Assembly (NCBI GenBank): GCA_964544755.1
Contig: CAZJDL010000006.1
Span: 1 to 51,699 of the forward strand
DNA length: 51,699 nt
DNA from: an uncultured Pseudomonadales bacterium
GTDB taxonomy: Bacteria > Pseudomonadota > Gammaproteobacteria > Pseudomonadales > JAUIET01
Direction of reading: 5' to 3'
The notes under the pieces are model-generated. The model saw only the letters and a list, made by a program, of their open reading frames with translations. It was not told where the DNA came from and did not search any database. A program made the translations under genes and the position numbers. Shown here piece after piece: positions 30,983 through 39,752 of the stretch (its first letter is position 1; each line of letters starts with the position of its first letter).

Positions 30983-31858
30983 TCACTCGCAGGAGAGTTC
31001 GCCAATTGGCGCATAACCTTTTTTCTGCAGAATACACTGGCCCGCATCGCTGAGGATCCAATCCATATAGCCTTTGACCGCGCCCTTGGGTGCGCCGTTG
31101 GTATACATGAACAGCGGCCGTGCAATCGGGTAGCTGCGGTCGCTGGCGGTGGCGACGCGGGGGCTTACGCAAGCTTGTTCGCCGGTTTTGGAGATGCAGG
31201 CCATTTTTACGTGGTCGGTGGCATATGCCAGGCCGCTATAGCCGATGGCGCAGGGCGTTTTCTCTACCAGCTCGACCACATCCTTGGAGCCATGCATATC
31301 CAGCGTACCCTGCCGGTACTTGCCCTTCTTGCCCAGCACCGCTTCCTTGAAATAAACGTAGGTGCCGGAATTGTTCTGGCGGCTGGCGACGACTATTTTG
31401 TCGCTTTTGCAGGAGGGGATTTTAACGCCCAGGTCAGACCACCTGGAGATTTTCTTGCCGCGCGCATAAATACCCTTCAATTGCTCCAGTGACAGCGTGT
31501 CGATCGGGTTGTCTTTATGCAGAAAAACCGCCAGCGCGTCGTAGCCAACCACGTGTTGCACCGGTTGCTGGCCATTTTTCTTGGCCAGCTGTATTTCTTT
31601 GTCTTTCATGCCGCGGCTGGCGTTGGCGATATCGACCGTGCCGTTGATCATGGAGGCGATACCGGTACCCGACCCGCCACCCGAAACCGCAACGGCGACA
31701 TCGGGATTGACCTTGGGATAGGCTTCCGCCCAGGCTTGGGCGACATTGACCAGCGTATCCGAGCCCTTGTTCTGAATCAATTCTCTGGCATCGGCAGCGG
31801 TGGTCAACAACAAAGCGCTTGCCAGCAATGGCGCGGCGGCGATCAGCTTAAATTTCAT
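30983..31858 (-). CDS. pstS: Phosphate ABC substrate-binding protein PstS
   Basis: Signal peptide, KGSDT, GGGSGTGI, DIANASR, SRQNNSGT, YPIARPL; GGAG RBS before ATG at 31858. Confidence 0.95.
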   Translation of the reverse strand: MKFKLIAAAPLLASALLLTTAADARELIQNKGSDTLVNVAQAWAEAYPKVNPDVAVAVSGGGSGTGIASMINGTVDIANASRGMKDKEIQLAKKNGQQPVQHVVGYDALAVFLHKDNPIDTLSLEQLKGIYARGKKISRWSDLGVKIPSCKSDKIVVASRQNNSGTYVYFKEAVLGKKGKYRQGTLDMHGSKDVVELVEKTPCAIGYSGLAYATDHVKMACISKTGEQACVSPRVATASDRSYPIARPLFMYTNGAPKGAVKGYMDWILSDAGQCILQKKGYAPIGELSCE

Positions 31859-31956
31859 GCGATATGCTCCCATAGTGTAATCGTTAACAGCAGATAGTGG
31901 GATATATCGCATGGCCCAGCTAGTAAGCTAGATTTACTACACATCCACTACAGAAG

Positions 31957-31990
31957 ACTTTAGTTGCGAATTGTTACAGTTTTGTTACAG
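31957..31990 (-). promoter_or_regulatory. Pho box and -10 element of the pstS operon
   Basis: Minus strand CTGTAAC-AAAA-CTGTAAC (31990-31973) followed 10 nt later by TAAAGT, the standard PhoB promoter geometry. Confidence 0.85.
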
Positions 31991-32025
31991 TCAATTGAAC
32001 ACTTATCACCCGACTGCCTTGCTCT

Positions 32026-32670
32026 TTAGTTTCGAGGATTAGAGATTATCAATAGATAACCCTCAATTTCTGTGGGGTAGCTGGTTTTGTATTCAACCAG
32101 TTCCGCACCGAGTTTCTTTTTACACTTCTTTGCCAGTGCTAAAAAGGTTTCCCTGCCGGGGTCTGCGATGATGACTTGCTGCCCGCCAGCCATCAAAGAT
32201 CGTTTGATGACTTTGTAGAGTGGAGCCACCATGTTATCCCAAAAGCAGATATCGCTGCCTAGCACGATGTCCTGCCTGGCTAACGCCTTGCGCGAGATTT
32301 CATGAAACTTCTTGCACTTGGTTTTTAGTTTGACGTCATTGAGTGCGGCTTGCACTTTGAGATACGGAAACACGTTTTCGTCAGCGTCCACCGCGGTGAC
32401 CCTGGCTTGCTGGCGTACCGCGCAATAGATTGACAGCGCACCCCAGCCGCAACCCAGATCCATCACGTGGCTGCCCGGCGCGAGCGGGTTATTCTCCAGA
32501 TAGTCCATCAACAGGTAACTGGAACCCCATACCTTGGTGCCGTGTATCATAGGTTCAACGTGCTTGCGCAGGCGTTTAACGAGCTTGTGCTTTTTCTTTA
32601 AGGTGTAGACGCCGTACACGTCGTTGATGTGTTTATGGGGATTGCTGGTGGTGGAATCGTTTAAGTCCAA
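32026..32670 (-). CDS. Class I SAM-dependent methyltransferase (Methyltransf_16-like)
   Basis: HGTKVWGSS, VMDLGCGWG, VLGSDICF, IADPGR. Confidence 0.82.
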   Translation of the reverse strand: MDLNDSTTSNPHKHINDVYGVYTLKKKHKLVKRLRKHVEPMIHGTKVWGSSYLLMDYLENNPLAPGSHVMDLGCGWGALSIYCAVRQQARVTAVDADENVFPYLKVQAALNDVKLKTKCKKFHEISRKALARQDIVLGSDICFWDNMVAPLYKVIKRSLMAGGQQVIIADPGRETFLALAKKCKKKLGAELVEYKTSYPTEIEGYLLIISNPRN

Positions 32671-32705
32671 TGCGCTTTCCTGTGAGGATGAAGGTGATAG
32701 CCGAC

Positions 32706-34205
32706 TTATTCTGCGCTGAGTTTAAACCCGGCAGATTTTAAATAGCTGGTTTCTTGTTCCAGATCTGCGTGCGTCAGCGGATGTTCGATAAGCCAATTTG
32801 GTGGGAACTGCAGCAATAGGTTCTCCGCATCAACAGTCAGTGTCAGCTCGGGTGTATCGCCGTCCAGCCGCGAGCGGTTCAACAGCACCGCCAGCCGCAG
32901 CAATACCGTTAGCCGCTGCGCCTTGCGCGCTGCTTTTTCCGGTAGTGCTTCGAACAGTTCGTCGTGAAACTTGCGGCGATGCGAGCGCACCAGTGCGGCC
33001 AGGGTTGTTTGTTCCTGGCGCGAGAAACCCGGTAAGTCGGCGTGCTGGATCAAATAAGCGCCGTGTTTGTGGTACTGGGAGTGGGCAATGTCGAGGCCGA
33101 TTTCGTGCAGGTGGGCGGCCCAGCTTAGCAGCTTGGCGTGGTAGGAATCGCGTAAGCGCCATGCCTTGGCGACCTGATGGCGCAAGTTTTGCGCACTCGC
33201 TTCGACGCGTTCGGCTTGCAACATGCCGACATGGTAGCGCTCGCACAGATCAACTACCGTGTCATTACGGACGTCTGCGTTGCTGAGGCGGCCGAGCATG
33301 TCGTACAGTAAGCCCTCACGCAATGCGCCGTCCGAAGCGGCCATCTCGTCGATAGCCAGGCTGCTAAACGCGGCCTTGAGTATGGCGACGCCGCCGGGTA
33401 GAACGCTGGCGCGCCGCTGTTCAATGTCACCTTTTGCGAGCTTGTTGGCGTCGCCCAGTTCTATCAACAGGGCGCGCAGCTTATCCAGCGCCGCGGCGGT
33501 AATCAAATGGTCATGCCAGCCATTCTGGCGAATGATGTTACCGATTGCACGTATGGTGCCGGAAGAACCGATGGCTATTTCCCAGCCGCTGCTGCGGTAT
33601 GAGGCGCTCGTCGGCTTCAGTTCTCGCAAGGCAAATAACTCCGCCGCGCGCATGCGTTTCTTGTTAATGCGGCCGTCGGGGAAGAACTTTTGGCTCATGC
33701 TGACGCAGCCCATGTACAGGCTTTGTTTTTGCAGCGGGATAAAACCGACGCCCACAATCACTTCCGTACTACCGCCGCCGATATCGATCACTAACCGCTT
33801 CTGCGCCTCGGTCTGTATGCTGTGCGCCACGCCAAGATAGACCAGCCGCGCTTCTTCGTAGCCGGAAATAATTTCGATCTGGCGGCCCAGCACGGTATTG
33901 GCTTGGTGCAGAAATTCCTCGGCATTGTGGGCTTTGCGCAAGGTGTTGGTGCCGACCGCGCGTATGTTATCGGCCGGTATATCGGTCAGGCGCTGGCCAA
34001 AGCGTTGCAGGCAGTCGAGTGCGCGATCGATAGTGTCTTGCGCTAGAATGTTATGTTCATCGAGACCGCTGGCAAGCTGCACCATCTCACGCATGCGGTC
34101 GATGGTGGTCAGGCGCCCGGAGGACTCCACCCTGGCGATTTTCATATGAAAACTGTTGGAACCGAGATCGATCGCGGCAAGGAACTCTCGTTTGGGTTCG
34201 GCCAT
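32706..34205 (-). CDS. ppx: Exopolyphosphatase Ppx/GppA
   Basis: AAIDLGSNSFH, GTNTLR, GYEEARL, DIGGGSTE, ALREG, LHEIG..YHKH. Confidence 0.95.
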   Translation of the reverse strand: MAEPKREFLAAIDLGSNSFHMKIARVESSGRLTTIDRMREMVQLASGLDEHNILAQDTIDRALDCLQRFGQRLTDIPADNIRAVGTNTLRKAHNAEEFLHQANTVLGRQIEIISGYEEARLVYLGVAHSIQTEAQKRLVIDIGGGSTEVIVGVGFIPLQKQSLYMGCVSMSQKFFPDGRINKKRMRAAELFALRELKPTSASYRSSGWEIAIGSSGTIRAIGNIIRQNGWHDHLITAAALDKLRALLIELGDANKLAKGDIEQRRASVLPGGVAILKAAFSSLAIDEMAASDGALREGLLYDMLGRLSNADVRNDTVVDLCERYHVGMLQAERVEASAQNLRHQVAKAWRLRDSYHAKLLSWAAHLHEIGLDIAHSQYHKHGAYLIQHADLPGFSRQEQTTLAALVRSHRRKFHDELFEALPEKAARKAQRLTVLLRLAVLLNRSRLDGDTPELTLTVDAENLLLQFPPNWLIEHPLTHADLEQETSYLKSAGFKLSAE

Positions 34206-34338
34206 ATTAATTTCGCGTCTGCCAGCGACTTATTGTTAGGGTGGCGCGCTAGAGTATTACAAATCCTGGCTGTTGTTAACGGAAAAGTCCCAGATTTCGT
34301 TTTAGCGCCGCGTAAACCATAGCGGATATTATGCGCTA

Positions 34339-34821
34339 TTAACGCGGTGTGCTGGTCGTGGTCCAGCGTGCATAGGGGTTAACGCTGAGGTTTTGGTTGT
34401 AAAACCTGGGGTCATCGGTCACTTCTTCGCCCAGCCAGGCGGGTGTTGCGAACGTTTCTACGTCATTGGCCAGTTCGATCTCGGCAATCACTAAGCCTCT
34501 GTTGTCGCCGTCGAATACGTCAACCTCCCATGTCTTACCTTTAAACGGCACTCGGTAGCGGGTTTTTATGATGGGTGTGCCTGTACATAGTTCGACCAGT
34601 TCCTGCCCGTCGTGGTAAGGAATGGCGTATTCAAACTCGCTGCGCCGCATACCGGTTGCCTTGCTCTTTAATGTTAGCAGTGCTCCATCCTGTTTTAGGC
34701 GCACGCGCGCAACAAGCCTTTCTGATTCGCACAGATAAGCTTGAATGTAGCGCTCGCCCGCGACGTTTGGTCGCCAGCTAGCATCGCGAAGCAAGAACTT
34801 TCGCTCTATTTCCTGGGTCAC
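34339..34821 (-). CDS. CYTH domain (triphosphate tunnel) protein
   Basis: EIERKFL, RVR, EFEY.IP, KTRY, WEVDVF, AEIEL, EVTDDPRFYN. Confidence 0.92.
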   Translation of the reverse strand: MTQEIERKFLLRDASWRPNVAGERYIQAYLCESERLVARVRLKQDGALLTLKSKATGMRRSEFEYAIPYHDGQELVELCTGTPIIKTRYRVPFKGKTWEVDVFDGDNRGLVIAEIELANDVETFATPAWLGEEVTDDPRFYNQNLSVNPYARWTTTSTPR

Positions 34822-34860
34822 GCAGTCAGTGCTCAGTGATAAGTTTATGGCGCCAGCATA

Positions 34861-34873
34861 ATCCTAGAAACCG
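34861..34873 (+). repeat. Short remnant of the MITE TIR
   Basis: ATCCTAGAAACCG matches the first 13 nt of the TIR, in the intergenic gap between ppk2 and the CYTH gene. Confidence 0.5.
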
Positions 34874-34898
34874 TAACAATCTGCCGCTGGCGCTTTTA

Positions 34899-36020
34899 CT
34901 AGCCCTTGCGCCGCTGCTTGGGATGCAGGCTCTTACCAAGGATGTGCTGGGCGTTGCTTATAACGTGAACACTTGACCCGACGATCAACGGGTCGGGACC
35001 CCTCACGATCTTGTCAGACTTGCCGGAGTAGGGCAAGCTCGACAGGAAATGCTGCATGGTGTTTAAACGTGCGCGCTTCTTGTCGTTCGACTTGACGATG
35101 GTCCACGGGGCGTCAGCGGTGTCAGTATAAAAAAACATGGCCTCCTTGGCTTCGGTGTAATCGTCCCACTTACTGAGCGAGGCCTGGTCGATGGGTGATA
35201 GTTTCCATTGTTTCAGTGGGTCGCCCTTGCGCGATTCAAAGCGCCGACGCTGTTCTTCCTGCGTTACCGAATACCAAAATTTAAACAGGTGGATTCCGGA
35301 GCGCGTTAACATGCGCTCGAAGTCGGGGCATTGACGCATGAACTCGAGATAGTGGCTCGGTTGGCAGAAACCCATTACGCGCTCCACGCCGGCGCGGTTG
35401 TACCAGGAGCGATCGAAAAACACCATCTCGCCGGCCGACGGCAGATGCTTTATGTAACGCTGAAAATACCATTGGGTCTGTTCCGCTTCGGTCGGCTTTT
35501 CCAGCGCCACCACGCGCGCGCTGCGAGGGTTCAAGTGCTCCATAAAGCGTTTGATCGTGCCGCCCTTACCGGCTGCATCGCGGCCCTCGAACAGTATTAC
35601 GACCTTCTGGCCGCTATCTTTAACCCATTTCTGCACCTTTAGCAGTTCCACCTGCAGATCTTTTTTGTGCTTTTCATAGACGCTGCGGCGGATTTTTGAA
35701 TGATAGGGATACTCGCCGGTCTCGAATGCCCGACGAATCTCCTCTGGGTCACGGCGTTTCCGCGCCAGCTCATGAATTGTTTCACCGGCAGACGGGCGCT
35801 TACCCTCCTTCTTCGCCGCTGGTTTCGATGTCTTGTCGCCGGCATTCGGTGCCGCTGTTTTAGCGGCGCCATTCGCCTTTTTGCCCGTCGTTATTTTTTG
35901 CCTGCGCGCGCGCTTGTCTTTAGCGGGATCGGTCTTCAGCGGCGCCGACTCGGCAGGTGTCGATTCGTCTTTTATATCCTGTGCGGTGACTGCGGTTTTT
36001 GTGGTGGTTTTTTCTGTCAT
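34899..36020 (-). CDS. ppk2: Polyphosphate kinase 2 (single domain) with long basic N-terminal extension
   Basis: FEGRDAAGKGG, QWYFQRY, FDRSWYNRAGVERVMG, KQWKLSP, APW. Confidence 0.96.
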   Translation of the reverse strand: MTEKTTTKTAVTAQDIKDESTPAESAPLKTDPAKDKRARRQKITTGKKANGAAKTAAPNAGDKTSKPAAKKEGKRPSAGETIHELARKRRDPEEIRRAFETGEYPYHSKIRRSVYEKHKKDLQVELLKVQKWVKDSGQKVVILFEGRDAAGKGGTIKRFMEHLNPRSARVVALEKPTEAEQTQWYFQRYIKHLPSAGEMVFFDRSWYNRAGVERVMGFCQPSHYLEFMRQCPDFERMLTRSGIHLFKFWYSVTQEEQRRRFESRKGDPLKQWKLSPIDQASLSKWDDYTEAKEAMFFYTDTADAPWTIVKSNDKKRARLNTMQHFLSSLPYSGKSDKIVRGPDPLIVGSSVHVISNAQHILGKSLHPKQRRKG

Positions 36021-36079
36021 ATTAGTTCCTATGCTTTCCAGACTCTATCACGTTGCTCCGATTGTTCGGCGAACCGCTA

Positions 36080-36121
36080 AGCATACGGTAATTTTGGATG
36101 TTGGCACATGACCTAGATCAA
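36080..36121 (-). promoter_or_regulatory. FNR-type class II promoter upstream of ppk2
   Basis: Minus strand TTGAT-CTAG-GTCAT (36121-36108) and -10 TATGCT (36085-36080); box centre falls at -41.5 from the implied start at ~36073. Confidence 0.6.
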
Positions 36122-36212
36122 ACCAGCGCGCGTTATTAAGAATAGATGGTAATTTTCACCAAAGTAGCGAGCGCGCGCGGCTCACACCGCTGGGCTGGCG
36201 GTTCAGTCGTAC

Positions 36213-36944
36213 TCAACGATCAGCTGCTTTGTCTAACCTGCCGTACGCAGCGGCATTTTTGGTCAGCAACAAAAAACACGCGGTGGAAATACCCGCCGAG
36301 CCAAAAATCATACACATCACCATAATCTGGTAGCGCGCGGCAATAAACGGCGAGACGCCGGACAATATTTGACCAGTCATCATGCCGGGCAGCGAAACCA
36401 GGCCGACCGCGAACAGCGAATTTTTCACCGGCACCATCGCCGTTTGAAAAGCCGTATTGCGCGCTTGCAGATAAGGGCGATCATTTTGCAGTTCGGCGTG
36501 CAGACGTTCGGCTGCCAGGCTGATGCTGTTCATGCTGTTGGCAAAAATCATCCCGGCCAGCGGAATGACGTAACTGGCCTTGTACCACGGGTCCAGGCGT
36601 AACACGCCTTGCGTAATCAATAGCAACGTAATGCCGCCACCCAGCGCAATAGACAGTAAAGACGCCCGATACAGCGCGACTCTTCCCGCCTCGATTGTGT
36701 TCAGCGCGATCCAGCTCGCGGCGAGCACCATCACCGTTAACACGGCCGATACAACCAGGCTCGACTCCGAGTTAAAGAGATAAACCAGCACATAGCCGAT
36801 CATCAGCAGTTGTATGAGCATGCGCGCAAGGGCATAGAGCGCGGTGCCGTAGCCCAGCCGCCAACGCCACATCAAGACGATCACGAAAACGGCCGGTAGG
36901 AACGCTATCAATAGCTGGTGTATGGGAATAGTTTGCATGGTCAT
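36213..36944 (-). CDS. UPF0014/FetB (YbbM)-like ABC permease
   Basis: RMLIQL, IPLAGMIFANSM, VGLVSLPGMMTGQILSG.SP..AARYQI. Confidence 0.88.
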   Translation of the reverse strand: MTMQTIPIHQLLIAFLPAVFVIVLMWRWRLGYGTALYALARMLIQLLMIGYVLVYLFNSESSLVVSAVLTVMVLAASWIALNTIEAGRVALYRASLLSIALGGGITLLLITQGVLRLDPWYKASYVIPLAGMIFANSMNSISLAAERLHAELQNDRPYLQARNTAFQTAMVPVKNSLFAVGLVSLPGMMTGQILSGVSPFIAARYQIMVMCMIFGSAGISTACFLLLTKNAAAYGRLDKAADR

Positions 36945-37055
36945 GAGTCGTCGCGCGGCGAACCGGGACAAGCCCGAGAATAGAGTGATTGGCTTTAGTC
37001 GATATCAAATCGACGGTATCATTGCGCCCCATCCGGCGCAAGGGTAACAAGAAGC

Positions 37056-37535
37056 GTGAAAATTTTTACCACCGGCGGCACGATTGACAAGATTTACTTT
37101 GATGCAAGCAGCGAGTTTCAGGTGGGAGATCCGGCGATAATGCAGCTATTGCAGGAAGAAAATGTCGGCTTCCACTACGAGGTTGAGTCCTTGTTGCGCA
37201 AAGATAGCCTCGAGCTGACCGATGCAGACCGGCAGCTTATTCGCACCCGAGTGCAGCATGACGACAGCGACAGAATTGTAGTCACCCACGGTACGGACAC
37301 GATGGTCGCTAGCGCGATGCAATTACTCGGCGTAGAAGCAAAAACAATTGTGCTGACCGGGTCGATGCAGCCGGCAAAACTGAGGGTGAGCGACGCGGTA
37401 TTCAATATCGGCTGCGCGATCACCGCAGTGCAATTGCTTGACCCGGGGGTGTACATTGTCATGCACGGTCGCGTGTTTGATCCGCGAATTACGCGCAAAA
37501 ATGTACAAGACCAATGCTTCGAGGAGGTAAGCTAG
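37056..37535 (+). CDS. Short asparaginase N-domain protein
   Basis: TTGGTIDK, KDSLE, THGTDTM, VLTGSMQPA. Confidence 0.88.
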   Translation: MKIFTTGGTIDKIYFDASSEFQVGDPAIMQLLQEENVGFHYEVESLLRKDSLELTDADRQLIRTRVQHDDSDRIVVTHGTDTMVASAMQLLGVEAKTIVLTGSMQPAKLRVSDAVFNIGCAITAVQLLDPGVYIVMHGRVFDPRITRKNVQDQCFEEVS

Positions 37536-37625
37536 GAGGCTGTCCGAGAACAGAGAGCCTACTGCGGAAAAGCTGAATACGGTATGATCATTAGGAGTGC
37601 CAGGCTTTACTGAAGCGATTTCCCC

Positions 37626-38042
37626 ATGCTGCAAATAACCGACGAAGTAACGATACCCGATGCCGAACTGGAGTTGCGCGCCATTCGGGCGCAAGGCGCT
37701 GGTGGGCAAAACGTCAATAAGGTGTCGACCGCTATTCATCTGCGTTTCGATATCAACGCTTCATCGCTGCCAGCTGTTTATAAAGAGCGGTTGTTGCGCT
37801 TGAAGGATCGCCGTGTCTCCGGCGACGGTGTGTTGATTATCAAGGCGCAACGTTACCGCAGCCAGGAAAAAAACAGGGAAGAAGCGCTTGTCAGGCTGCA
37901 GGCGCTGGTGCAAAGCGTCACCGTGGAGCGCAAAATGCGCAGACCAACCCGGCCGACCGCCGGTTCGCGGCAAAGGCGTTTGGATAGCAAAAAAAAACGC
38001 GGGCGGGCAAAAACATTGCGCGGCAAGGTTGTTGATCAATAA
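37626..38042 (+). CDS. arfB: Ribosome rescue peptidyl-tRNA hydrolase ArfB
   Basis: [18 protein letters not shown], basic C-terminal tail. Confidence 0.95.
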   Translation: MLQITDEVTIPDAELELRAIRAQGAGGQNVNKVSTAIHLRFDINASSLPAVYKERLLRLKDRRVSGDGVLIIKAQRYRSQEKNREEALVRLQALVQSVTVERKMRRPTRPTAGSRQRRLDSKKKRGRAKTLRGKVVDQ

Positions 38043-38062
38043 CCGTTGGAGGCGGGCCTGGG

Positions 38063-38674
38063 GTGAATACAGTTTTTTTTGAAGCTCGCGAGATCGCACC
38101 ATCCAAGGTCGTTTGCATAGGCCGCAACTATGTCGAGCATATCGCCGAGCTTAATAATGACATGCCGACCGAGCCGGTTATTTTCGTCAAGCCGAATTCG
38201 GCAATCGGTAAGCAACTTTGCGCCGGCCGCGAAGGCCAGCTCCATTATGAAAGCGAGCTGTCGTTTATCGTCGAGCAAAATACCCTGGTAGCCGTCGGCT
38301 TCGGCCTGGATCTCACCAAGCGCGACGTGCAGTCGACCTTAAAAGCCAACGGCCTGCCCTGGGAGCGCGCGAAAGCGTTTGATAATTCCGCCGTTTTTAG
38401 CAACTTTGTCTGCTTCGATGCAGACTTTGCAAGCCTCAAAATCGAATTGCTGATCAATGGCGTGCCGGCGCAACATGGGGGCTACGAGCTGATGATCTAT
38501 AAGCCGCTTGAGATAGTCGCTGAAATTGCTGACTTTATGACATTGGAGGACGGCGATATCCTGATGACCGGCACGCCGAAAGGTGTAGGATCGTTTGACA
38601 AAAATGACGAGTTTGTCGGTCGAATTTACGCCGGCGAGAAGCGCTTACTTGAACAGCGCTGGGTGGCGATGTGA
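38063..38674 (+). CDS. Fumarylacetoacetate hydrolase family protein
   Basis: KVVCIGRNY..H, FVKP, HYESEL, GLDLTKRD, WERAKAFD, GDILMTGTP.GVG. Confidence 0.92.
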   Translation: MNTVFFEAREIAPSKVVCIGRNYVEHIAELNNDMPTEPVIFVKPNSAIGKQLCAGREGQLHYESELSFIVEQNTLVAVGFGLDLTKRDVQSTLKANGLPWERAKAFDNSAVFSNFVCFDADFASLKIELLINGVPAQHGGYELMIYKPLEIVAEIADFMTLEDGDILMTGTPKGVGSFDKNDEFVGRIYAGEKRLLEQRWVAM

Positions 38675-38804
38675 ACATAAATTGATCGGCAAATATGGGG
38701 GCCTAAGTTAAAGCAACGTTGCCGGTCGTGCAGCAGAAAGCAAAGAACATTGCATTAGTGTATGATACGTGGTTAACCCACGTCCCAAGTCACTGAGGTA
38801 ACCG

Positions 38805-39050
38805 ATGTCAGCTACACCCGAAACCGCAGCCAAGCCCAAAGCCAAAGCTAAAGCTAAACCCAGGCTCAAAAGATCATCCTCTCCGAAAAGATCTCAGTCT
38901 AACCCCGCGTTATCGCGCGAAGCCATTGCATCGCAGACTGCCGCGTTCCTCAAGTCCGGCAACAAAATCCAGAAAATACCGACGGGTGTCAGCGGCCAGC
39001 AAAATGTCGCCGGGCCAAAACATATCGTGTTGAAAAAGAGAACGCACTAA
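38805..39050 (+). CDS. Small basic protein, possibly SutA-like
   Basis: GAGG RBS; REAIASQTAAFLKSGNKIQKIPTGVSG resembles the SutA core (..MEEFLSRGGKVQEI..) as recalled. Confidence 0.6.
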   Translation: MSATPETAAKPKAKAKAKPRLKRSSSPKRSQSNPALSREAIASQTAAFLKSGNKIQKIPTGVSGQQNVAGPKHIVLKKRTH

Positions 39051-39154
39051 GCCACTCTACGTCACTTTGTTCGAAAAATAACCCGCTGGCAGGGAGCGGC
39101 CCTACTGCCGTGGGTTACGGCGTATCGCTCTACTTCACAAAACCACCGGTGCCG

Positions 39155-39185
39155 GCAAGCCGCTTGTATTGAATATGCGGCTTGC
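39155..39185 (+). terminator. Hairpin, possible terminator
   Basis: GCAAGCCGC-13 nt-GCGGCTTGC followed by tgctttgt. Confidence 0.3.
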
Positions 39186-39305
39186 TGCTTTGTGCGCTGC
39201 TGCTAGACTAATAAAAAGTGCAAGTAAACGCGTACACCGGCAGTGCGGCGCACTGTGTCGGGTTCTAGCGTGGGAGCACCGTATACAACAATCATTTTTG
39301 CGAGC

Positions 39306-39686
39306 ATGCAGATGGCAACGTGGGCCACGTTAGTTGTTTTCACCGGTATTATTGTGTTTGCTATCCGGCGCCGCCGCTCGCGCAGAGAAAACGCGGCCGC
39401 GCCGCGAGCCACCAAAAATAAGGCATATCAATCCGTGTCAATCAAGTGGGGGCTGGCGGCGTGCGACGTGGCAAAACAACTCGACGGCCAGCGCTTTATC
39501 GGGTTGCAGGCGCCCAGTTTTCCGCTGCCTGATTGCGACGCCGAGCAGTGTAAATGCCGCTATGACTTTCATGGCGATCGGCGTGAGGGTGATCGCCGCC
39601 TGCTGCACGGCATGCGCCATAGTCTCATTGTGGTCAACGGCAGTGAAGACAAGCGTGCGCAGCCTGAGCGCCGGCTCGACGGCTAG
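39306..39686 (+). CDS. Hypothetical membrane-anchored Cys-containing protein
   Basis: N-terminal TM then RRRR; AC..RF..AP.FPLPDC..CKCRY..HGDRR..DRR pattern. Confidence 0.65.
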   Translation: MQMATWATLVVFTGIIVFAIRRRRSRRENAAAPRATKNKAYQSVSIKWGLAACDVAKQLDGQRFIGLQAPSFPLPDCDAEQCKCRYDFHGDRREGDRRLLHGMRHSLIVVNGSEDKRAQPERRLDG

Positions 39687-39752
39687 TGCACTTTATTCGT
39701 TACAGCACACTAGCGGCTCAAGTCGCTAAACAAGCGTTACCATGCCTTACCG

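Noticed and set aside
36102-36117. Sigma54 -24 motif TGGCAC
   Set aside because: No TTGC at -12, and it points away from ppk2.
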